IMG/VR virus record: IMGVR_UViG_3300025112_004324
Strand: one strand, 5' to 3'
DNA length: 43,513 bases
From: a virus
Part shown: positions 1 to 6,971 of the stretch, one piece after another
How positions within the stretch are numbered: the stretch's first letter is position 1
How the letters are laid out: each line of letters opens with the position of its first letter
Made by a program: the position numbers and the translations under genes
Notes under the pieces: generated by a model
Databases searched by the model: none
The model's input: only the letters and a program-made list of their open reading frames with translations
What the model was told of the DNA's origin: nothing

Positions 1-1
1 T

Positions 2-739
2 GTAACAACTCTTGACCATTTAGATAATGTAACAAGATTACTTGGTACTAAAAAATCTATGTCAACATTCACTCGAATGGGTAAAGACTCTCAGTTAGCT
101 AAAGGAAAGGGTATTCAGACTGAAGGTGGAGTTGTATTTTGGTTAGAAGGAACTTTATTAGCAAGAAAATATATTGATATGCAAAGTGAACTCGATAAAA
201 CAGGTCGTAGATGGATATCTTCACTAATAGTTTTCGGTAGGGAAAAACAGCTGGTGCCATTTAACGCCGCAAAAAGAAAGAAGATACCTGACCGTGATGA
301 ATGGCAAGATTATGAGTGGGAAGTAAAAGATAAACTGATGAAAAAATATGGTGGTGGTGCAGATAATATCAAAGAATATGAAGCGGAAGTTAAAAAAGTA
401 TTAAATAAAAGGGCAAATGAAATAATTACTGCCTATATTACTTTGTCAAATAATTTGTTGAAAAAACATAAAAAATTAGTAAAGAAAAATCTTTCAACAC
501 CATCCAGAAAAGGTTCTTCTTGGTGGAATGAAATTTTGATATATAATGCAAAGATTAAAGAAATATTTGTAATGAGTAGAGCATCTAAAAAAGATTTGGA
601 GTGGGGGGATAGCAAACAAAAAGCCAGTCTTGAAAAACTTATTTCGACTGCAACAGGTGATAACCCAATCACTATTGGAACTCCAGCAAAATATCGTAAG
701 TGGTATACGGATAGAAAAGGAAAGCTTGATGTTTATTAA
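2..739 (+). CDS. Hypothetical phage protein, 5'-truncated by the window edge
   Basis: The frame of the 59..739 ORF is open from position 2 (VTTLDHLDNVTRLLGTKKSM...), so the gene begins before the window. No family motif recognised. Confidence 0.7.
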   Translation, partial: VTTLDHLDNVTRLLGTKKSMSTFTRMGKDSQLAKGKGIQTEGGVVFWLEGTLLARKYIDMQSELDKTGRRWISSLIVFGREKQLVPFNAAKRKKIPDRDEWQDYEWEVKDKLMKKYGGGADNIKEYEAEVKKVLNKRANEIITAYITLSNNLLKKHKKLVKKNLSTPSRKGSSWWNEILIYNAKIKEIFVMSRASKKDLEWGDSKQKASLEKLISTATGDNPITIGTPAKYRKWYTDRKGKLDVY

Positions 740-788
740 GGAGTGGAATAAATTATTATGAGAACTCAATTTATGGTTGGAGAATATT

Positions 789-1214
789 ATGACTAAAACA
801 CAATTGTTGTGTACTTTCACCCGTAGAAACAGACTACACGACACAGTTGATGTAATTATTGAGTGTAATGAAATAGTATTTAGCAAAATTTATGTGTTTC
901 AAAATGAAAAAGATTATCATCAGTTAATTTGCACATACAATATAGAGTATTCAGATGATTTCATGGAAAATGTTAAAGATACAATTTCTCTACATAGGAA
1001 GAAACAGACAAATACTCTTTATACAATAAATGCACTTAATGAAGTTATCAGATCACTAAACGAAGGTATTCTTGACAAGACATTTTCAGTACCCTGGGAA
1101 GAATATAAAAATTCATTACTTCTCACAAATGAAGATGGATTAAATATAATACCGACAAGAATTTATTCAATAATAGATGTTAATACGTGGGATAGAAATT
1201 TAGAGGGAAATTAA
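789..1214 (+). CDS. Hypothetical phage protein (MTKTQLLCTFT...HRKKQTNTLYTINALNE)
   Basis: GGAG at 779-782 favours ATG 789 over the TTG at 777 used in the ORF track. Function unknown. Confidence 0.75.
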   Translation: MTKTQLLCTFTRRNRLHDTVDVIIECNEIVFSKIYVFQNEKDYHQLICTYNIEYSDDFMENVKDTISLHRKKQTNTLYTINALNEVIRSLNEGILDKTFSVPWEEYKNSLLLTNEDGLNIIPTRIYSIIDVNTWDRNLEGN

Positions 1215-1216
1215 TA

Positions 1217-1468
1217 GTGGAAACTTTAGCTAAGTTGGTTGCTTTAATTTTGGGTTTGATGGGATTGAGTTCTAAAGCAACATCAATAAAAAAATCCAAA
1301 GTTAAGAAAATAGATGTTAAGAAAGAAGAACTTGAGAAACAAGTTAAAAAGGTTGATAAGGAACTGAAACGGGTTAAGAAAGCACAAGCTAAAGCTAAGA
1401 ACCCTATTAAGAGAAAGAAGATAAAAGACGCTGCTAAGTTTTTGAAGGATTTTGCGAAGAAGAAATGA
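1217..1468 (+). CDS. Small N-terminally membrane-anchored, Lys-rich coiled-coil protein
   Basis: GTG start after GAGG; hydrophobic residues about 4-18 (LAKLVALILGLMGL); very basic helical remainder. Confidence 0.7.
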   Translation: METLAKLVALILGLMGLSSKATSIKKSKVKKIDVKKEELEKQVKKVDKELKRVKKAQAKAKNPIKRKKIKDAAKFLKDFAKKK

Positions 1469-1794
1469 AGAAACTAATAATTGTTTTAATATTATCATTT
1501 GGGTTTTCCCAAACAACTTTAACTAAAGAACAGGCGGATGAACTTGCCAAAAATATACAAGAATTACAAGTTAGAGCCGATTCTCTATCTATTTCAGATA
1601 GCTTAAAAACTTTAGAAATAGATTTACTTAATCAGAAGGTTGCATCGTTAGAAGAAGATTTAACTATTACAGAAAAGAAAGCTAAGTTAGTTAAGGCAAG
1701 TTGGTATGAGAACAAATGGTTATATTTTGGATACGGGGGAATTTTATCATACGCCTTAGTAACAGCTTTAAATGCACTGGACAACTTTTTTTAA
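1465..1794 (+). CDS. Exported or membrane coiled-coil protein (signal peptide, heptad region, C-terminal hydrophobic helix)
   Basis: MKKLIIVLILSFGFSQ signal-like N-terminus; WLYFGYGGILSYALVTAL C-terminal TM; ATGA overlap with the upstream gene. Confidence 0.7.
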   Translation: MKKLIIVLILSFGFSQTTLTKEQADELAKNIQELQVRADSLSISDSLKTLEIDLLNQKVASLEEDLTITEKKAKLVKASWYENKWLYFGYGGILSYALVTALNALDNFF

Positions 1795-1813
1795 TGATTA
1801 AAAAAAAATCACG

Positions 1814-1842
1814 TTTTGGCGTTTTTGGTTTATATATATAAT
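1814..1842 (+). promoter_or_regulatory. Putative promoter for the non-coding region
   Basis: Perfect TATAAT at 1837-1842 inside a TA-repeat tract; weak -35 (TTTTGG/TTGGCG) 15-17 nt upstream. Confidence 0.45.
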
Positions 1843-1846
1843 ATCA

Positions 1847-1877
1847 GTCTATAGTAATAGACAACAGTTTTTTGACA
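1847..1877 (+). promoter_or_regulatory. 5' hairpin plus boxA-like element (rrn-style antitermination leader)
   Basis: Hairpin GTCTAT-AGTA-ATAGAC (1847-1862), then AGTTTTTTGACA (1866-1877), which matches 8/12 positions of E. coli rrn boxA TGCTCTTTAACA. Confidence 0.4.
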
Positions 1878-1892
1878 TTTGAAATTGGCAAA

Positions 1893-2320
1893 GCAGAAAG
1901 GCCGTACACCTTTCTGTGGGGTTGACTGAACAACAGGTTTTGATAAAGGCTTGTAATGTATCCCAATCCTCTATGGTAGAGAATCAGCACCTAAATGTTG
2001 GTGTTTTTAGGATGACAGTCCGTGCGGGAGTTTGAGTCAACACTACTTGAGAAAGTAAACCAACTTTTTCGCTTCATTGGGAGTACCCGAAAGGAAATCT
2101 CCCTGAGAACTGGCTGAATAAATCTTCTTTGAGGATTAAAGCAATCGGTTAGAAATTGTATTCGCCTCAACGATGTTTAATAGCATTGAGAGAGAATCGA
2201 AGTAACTTTCGGAAACGAGATATGAAGTAATCTATCAAAGTGGCTCAATGTGAAATGGTATTTTCACACCCCCAAAAATTTCAAAATTTTAAAGTAGTTC
2301 GTTATTTTCAGTCTCCACCA
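1893..2320 (+). ncRNA. Candidate large, highly structured non-coding RNA (family unassigned; boundaries approximate)
   Basis: No ORF of 60 aa or more; GC visibly higher than the flanks; many local hairpins including GNRA loops (TACTT-GAGA-AAGTA 2044-2057; CC-GAAA-GG 2087-2094); several 7-11 bp long-range complementarities; flanked by a promoter and a terminator. Confidence 0.65.
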
Positions 2321-2358
2321 TACCACCAGACGTGAAAACGATGAGCTACTTTTTTTTT
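2291..2358 (+). terminator. Long hairpin followed by T9; probable intrinsic terminator
   Basis: 2291-2314 pairs with 2328-2352 (about 23 bp with one mismatch and one bulge); 13-nt loop CCACCATACCACC; T run at 2350-2358. Confidence 0.65.
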
Positions 2359-2368
2359 ACAAAAAAAC

Positions 2369-2423
2369 TTGGATGGTTTTAGAATCTGGCTGATATATAT
2401 TACAGAATGATGGTTACATCATT
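2369..2423 (+). promoter_or_regulatory. Putative promoter and 5' hairpin of the SSB/recombination operon
   Basis: TG-A-TATATA (2391-2399) resembles an extended -10; hairpin AATGATG-GTTA-CATCATT at 2406-2423; RBS GGAG at 2448-2451. Confidence 0.4.
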
Positions 2424-2459
2424 ACTAATTAATAAATGAAATGTATAGGAGAATAAAAA

Positions 2460-3218
2460 ATGGATATTGATGCAATTCGTAAGAAATTAGAACAACTTCA
2501 AACAACAAACACCAGAACAACAAATCTTTGGAAACCACAGCCTGGTAAAACTCAAATAAGGATAGTACCTTATAAGTACAATAAATCAATTCCGTTCATT
2601 GAGTTATTTTTTCATTATGACTTGGGCGGAAAGAGTTATTTGTCACCTATCAGTTTTGGTCGTCCAGACCCGATTGAAGAGTTCGCAGATAAACTAAAAT
2701 CTTCCGGAAATAGGGAAGATTGGAGACTTGGTAAAAAGTTAGAAGCCAAGATGAGAACTTTTGCTCCCGTTGTAGTAAAAAGCGAAGAAGGAGAGGGTGT
2801 TAAATTCTGGGGTTTTGGTAAGACAGTTTATCAAGAACTTTTAAGTATTATAGCAGACCCTGATTATGGTGATATTAGTGATCCCGTAAATGGTCGTGAT
2901 GTAGTAGTAGAGTTCAAGACAGCTGAAGAAGTTGGATCTTCATTTCCAAAAACAAATATTCGTGTAAAACCAAATCAAACTCCTGTAACTGAAAATAAGG
3001 CAGTATTTGAAAGTATTCTTGAAAATCAAAAGAACATCACAGAAATCTATCAGGAACAGTCTTATGATGAACTTGCAGAAGTTTTACAAAATTGGTTAAG
3101 TCCCTCTGATGACGAGACAACTACAAAAGAAAGTGATTCAGCTACAGAAGCCACTTTGGAACAGACAACAACTGTAACAAATGCATCTGAAGCATTTGAT
3201 GAATTATTTAATAAGTAG
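2460..3218 (+). CDS. T4 gp32-like single-stranded DNA-binding protein
   Basis: WKPQPGKTQIRIVP, FFHY, DPIEEF, FWGFGKTVY and DPDYGDISDPVNGRD motifs; acidic tail ending DAFDELFNK. Confidence 0.85.
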   Translation: MDIDAIRKKLEQLQTTNTRTTNLWKPQPGKTQIRIVPYKYNKSIPFIELFFHYDLGGKSYLSPISFGRPDPIEEFADKLKSSGNREDWRLGKKLEAKMRTFAPVVVKSEEGEGVKFWGFGKTVYQELLSIIADPDYGDISDPVNGRDVVVEFKTAEEVGSSFPKTNIRVKPNQTPVTENKAVFESILENQKNITEIYQEQSYDELAEVLQNWLSPSDDETTTKESDSATEATLEQTTTVTNASEAFDELFNK

Positions 3219-3230
3219 GGGGAGTGTAAT

Positions 3231-4322
3231 ATGTCAGTCAGAGATGAATTGGCAGATGTTCTCGCTGAAAAGTTAAATAACCAATTCAAAGATTATAAGG
3301 TAGCTTATTTTCTAGACGGCTCAGACCCGACTCCAACAGACATTAAGGAATTTGTATCTACAGGTTCTACTGTGTTGGATTTGGCTATTTCAAACAAACC
3401 TAACGGTGGAGTTGCAGTTGGCCGAATTACTGAAATCAATGGATTGGAGTCAAGTGGTAAATCTTTGCTCGGTTCTCATATTTTAGCTGAAACACAGAGA
3501 AAAGGTGGAGTTGCTGTTTATATTGACACAGAAACTTCCGTCAGTAGAGAATTTCTCGAAGCAATTGGAATCGAAATTCAGAACTTATTGTATCTTCATT
3601 TGGAAACAGTTGAAGATGTATTTGAGGCTATTGTAGAAATAGTTGCAAAAGTTCGTGAGTCAGATAAAGATAGACTTGTAACAATTTTGGTTGACAGTTT
3701 AGCAGGAGCTTCTACAAAAGGTGAATTAGACGGCGATTTTGATAAAGAAGGTTGGGCGACTGATAAAGCTATTATCACAAGTAAAGCTATGAGAAAGATT
3801 ACTCAGATGATAGGAAAACAGAGAGTTGCCCTTATCTTTACAAATCAACTCAGAACCAGACTTGGAGTAATGTTTGGTGATCCTTGGACAACAAGTGGTG
3901 GTAAGGCATTACCATTTCACGCTTCCACTCGTATCAGATTAAAAAATCTCGGTCAAATTAAAGATGTTAAAAAGAATACTATTGGTATGAAAATGAAAGC
4001 TCAAGTCATTAAAAATAGACTTGGACCCCCAATGAGACATGCCGATTTCAATCTTTACTTTGAAAGTGGACTAGATAATGATGGAAGTTGGTTACAGGTG
4101 TTAAAAGACCATAAATTAGTGAAACAAAGTGGAGCATGGTATTCTATGGAAAACCATGAAGGAGAAGAATTAAAGTTTCAGTCTAAGGATTGGTCAGAAC
4201 AGCTGGAAGACGAGGGATTTAAATCTCATTGTTATGATTTGATTTGCGACAAAGCAATTTTGAAATATGACAAGAACTTTGGAATTGACGAAATTACAAT
4301 CTCAGAGGAGTCTGATGAGTAA
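3231..4322 (+). CDS. uvsX: RecA/UvsX-like recombinase
   Basis: Walker A GLESSGKS; YIDTE; ILVDSLA; FTNQLR; TTSGGKALPFHASTRIRL; KNRLGPP. Confidence 0.93.
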   Translation: MSVRDELADVLAEKLNNQFKDYKVAYFLDGSDPTPTDIKEFVSTGSTVLDLAISNKPNGGVAVGRITEINGLESSGKSLLGSHILAETQRKGGVAVYIDTETSVSREFLEAIGIEIQNLLYLHLETVEDVFEAIVEIVAKVRESDKDRLVTILVDSLAGASTKGELDGDFDKEGWATDKAIITSKAMRKITQMIGKQRVALIFTNQLRTRLGVMFGDPWTTSGGKALPFHASTRIRLKNLGQIKDVKKNTIGMKMKAQVIKNRLGPPMRHADFNLYFESGLDNDGSWLQVLKDHKLVKQSGAWYSMENHEGEELKFQSKDWSEQLEDEGFKSHCYDLICDKAILKYDKNFGIDEITISEESDE

Positions 4323-5346
4323 TGAACGATATTTATCTATTCTTGAAGAAATAAAGAAACACGGCGGCGATGTAGATGTAGGCAAGCCAAATGATAAGGT
4401 ATTGATAATAGATGGCCTGAATACTTTTATACGAGTATTCAGTGTTATACCAACTACCAATGATGATGGAGTTCATGTTGGTGGAATAGTTGGTTTTCTC
4501 AAATCAATCGGTTACTCTATAAAGATGCTTGGACCCACCCGTTGTATTGTTATTTTTGACGGTAAAGGTGGTTCTACTCGTCGCCGAAAAATTTATCCAG
4601 AATATAAGCAAAAACGAAAAACTAAAGTTCGTTTGAATAGATCATATGATTTTAGTTCTATGGAAGACGAACGCCATTCTATGTTAATGCAGTTGAGTAG
4701 ATGTGTGGAATACCTTGAAAAATTGCCTCTAACAGTCTTGTCGGTAGACAGCGTAGAAGCTGACGATGTTATTGCGTATATTACAGAACAAGTGCTCACA
4801 GAGAGTAAGGTTACAATAATGTCTACCGATAAAGATTTTTTACAACTCGTTGATGATCGAGTTTCAGTTTGGAGTCCAACCAAGAAAAAGTTATATACTC
4901 CAGAAAGTGTAAAAGAAGAATACGAAATTGCATCGTCTAATTTTATTATGTATAGAGTTTTAGATGGTGATAAGTCGGATAATATTTCTGGGATAAAGGG
5001 ATTTGGATTAAAAACCATTATTAAAAAATTTCCACTTCTTTTAGAAAACAAAGAGATAGATATAGATGAGTTAAAAGATTATGCAAGAAATAACGAGGTT
5101 GTACTTGAAGACGATGTTATAAATAGAAATTATAAATTAATGCAACTGAAAGAAGTTGATATATCAGCCAATGCAAAACTAAAAATTAGCACAAATGTTA
5201 ATAAATCAATACCACCAACTGCCAAGATGCAATTTGAAAAAATGTTTATCGAGGATAGATTATTTTCTACATTTCCAAATCTTAATAGTTGGTTATTGAC
5301 AACTTGGACTCAGTTGAATAGATACGCTGAAATGACAAATGGGTAG
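4315..5346 (+). CDS. 5'-3' exonuclease / flap endonuclease (T4 RNase H-like)
   Basis: IIDGLNTFIR, FDGKGG, YPEYK, EADD, STDKDFLQ and GDKSDNISGIKGFGLKT (H3TH) motifs. ATG 4315 follows GAGGAG. Confidence 0.9.
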   Translation: MSNERYLSILEEIKKHGGDVDVGKPNDKVLIIDGLNTFIRVFSVIPTTNDDGVHVGGIVGFLKSIGYSIKMLGPTRCIVIFDGKGGSTRRRKIYPEYKQKRKTKVRLNRSYDFSSMEDERHSMLMQLSRCVEYLEKLPLTVLSVDSVEADDVIAYITEQVLTESKVTIMSTDKDFLQLVDDRVSVWSPTKKKLYTPESVKEEYEIASSNFIMYRVLDGDKSDNISGIKGFGLKTIIKKFPLLLENKEIDIDELKDYARNNEVVLEDDVINRNYKLMQLKEVDISANAKLKISTNVNKSIPPTAKMQFEKMFIEDRLFSTFPNLNSWLLTTWTQLNRYAEMTNG

Positions 5347-5518
5347 AAAACGAAAATATTTTACAGAAGAAGAACAACAAGATGCTCAAAGGAGATGGCA
5401 GATGGAGCATTATGAACGCAACAAAGAAAAAATTCTGAGGAAAGCCCGAGACCGATATAGACAGAGGAAGTTGAAGGAGACACGGGAAAAAAATAGAAAA
5501 GAATTATATGGAGAGTAA
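5339..5518 (+). CDS. Small basic helical protein (59 aa, absent from the ORF track)
   Basis: Manual translation MGRKRKYFTEEEQQDAQRRWQMEHYERNKEKILRKARDRYRQRKLKETREKNRKELYGE*. It overlaps the upstream stop and exactly fills the gap before the helicase. Confidence 0.7.
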   Translation: MGRKRKYFTEEEQQDAQRRWQMEHYERNKEKILRKARDRYRQRKLKETREKNRKELYGE

Positions 5519-5527
5519 ATTTATACT

Positions 5528-6886
5528 ATGAGTGAGAATTTAACTAGCTTTGGTCCTACTTTTCAAATGAAAGTTATAGCTTCTCTATTAGAAGATCCTG
5601 TTTTTACACAAACAGTATTAGATATTTTAAAGCCAATATACTTTGAGTCAGATGCCAATAGATGGATAGTAGATACAATCGTTTCGTATTTTATGGAATA
5701 TAAAACCAATGCTACATTGGAAGTATTGAAAGTTAAGATAGATGAAATTGAAAATGATATATTGAAAGCGGGAGTTGTAGAAAATCTGAAGGAAGCTTGG
5801 CGAAATATTGAATCTCCTGACTTAGAGTTCATAAAAGAAGAAACTCTCAATTTTTGTAAGAACCAGGTCTTGAAAAATGCCATTGTACAGTCAGTTGACT
5901 TATTGGAAATTAAGGATTATGATGGAATCAAAAAATTGATAGATGACGCGATGAGATCTGGTGCAGAAAGAAATTTAGGACACGATTATATTATTGGAAT
6001 AGAAGAAAGACTTACTAAAAATGCAAGGGAAACTATAAAGTCGCCGTGGGATGTTGTAAATGAAATTATGGATGGTGGATTAGGTACAGGAGAATTGGGA
6101 GTTATTGTTGCACCAGCGGGAATTGGTAAAACTTGGTGTTTACAGTCTATTGCGGCAGGGGCAGTTAGAGATGGATTGTCAGTAATCCATTATACATTAG
6201 AATTGAATCAGGCTTATGTTGGATTACGATATGATACTGTTTTTAGTGGAGTTACTACTACTAATATAAAATTTCATAAAGAAAAAGTTGAAAAAATAAT
6301 AAGTGAGTTGGAAGGAAAATTGTTAATAAAATATTATCCAACAAAATCAGCTTCAGTTCAGACTCTTTCATCTCATCTTAAACAATCAGAAATACAAGGA
6401 ATTAAACCTGATTTAGTAATAGTAGATTATGCAGATATTTTGGTTGGAGTGGGAAGTGAAAGGAGATTTGTTTTAGAAAATGTATATGAGGAGTTAAGAG
6501 GACTGGCTGGTGAGTTTGACGTTCCAATTTGGACAGCATCACAAGCCAACAGAAGTGCACTTGAGGAACATATTATAGATGCAACAAAAGTTGCTGAGGC
6601 TTACGCAAAAGTTATGATTGCAGATTTTGTAATGAGTATGAGTAGGAAAGTTGAAGATAAAATTTCGAATACAGGCAGGTTTCATGTGATTAAAAATCGG
6701 TTTGGACCAGATGGAATTACATTTCCATCTACAGTTAATACTAATATAGGTAATATTCAAGTTTATGAAGAGACTACTAAAGGTGGAAAGATAGCACAAG
6801 GTAAAATGGACAATTCAAAAGAATATGAAAGAAAAATGTTATCAAAAAAATATGATGATATGAATAAAGTTGATGGATTTGAGTAA
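5528..6886 (+). CDS. DnaB-like replicative helicase (T4 gp41-like)
   Basis: Walker A APAGIGKT; YTLEL; IVDYADI; WTASQANR; KNRFGPDG. Confidence 0.92.
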   Translation: MSENLTSFGPTFQMKVIASLLEDPVFTQTVLDILKPIYFESDANRWIVDTIVSYFMEYKTNATLEVLKVKIDEIENDILKAGVVENLKEAWRNIESPDLEFIKEETLNFCKNQVLKNAIVQSVDLLEIKDYDGIKKLIDDAMRSGAERNLGHDYIIGIEERLTKNARETIKSPWDVVNEIMDGGLGTGELGVIVAPAGIGKTWCLQSIAAGAVRDGLSVIHYTLELNQAYVGLRYDTVFSGVTTTNIKFHKEKVEKIISELEGKLLIKYYPTKSASVQTLSSHLKQSEIQGIKPDLVIVDYADILVGVGSERRFVLENVYEELRGLAGEFDVPIWTASQANRSALEEHIIDATKVAEAYAKVMIADFVMSMSRKVEDKISNTGRFHVIKNRFGPDGITFPSTVNTNIGNIQVYEETTKGGKIAQGKMDNSKEYERKMLSKKYDDMNKVDGFE

Positions 6887-6971
6887 TAGAATGCAATATA
6901 TATTATACTTATGGATGTATTGGAATGAATGTTGTACTAAAATTAATTTTATTTGAAGAGGGATAGTTTAT

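Noticed and set aside
758-796. 12-codon mini-ORF MRTQFMVGEYYD upstream of the 789 gene
   Set aside because: Too short to distinguish from chance.
2022-2117. 31-codon GTG-initiated ORF with AGGA 9 nt upstream, inside the structured region
   Set aside because: Short, no recognisable motif, and overlapping strong RNA helices. It cannot be excluded without ribosome profiling.
1918-2320. Canonical tmRNA call
   Set aside because: No canonical T-arm, no GAC before it, no recognisable proteolysis tag. Kept only as a hypothesis under findings.
1893-2396. RNase P RNA (GAAAGGCC near 1896 and AGAATCTGGCTGA near 2381 resemble CR-I and CR-V)
   Set aside because: P4 would be only 4-5 bp, the 5' strand is locked in a 9-bp hairpin, CR-II to CR-IV are not evident, and the 3' match lies beyond the terminator.
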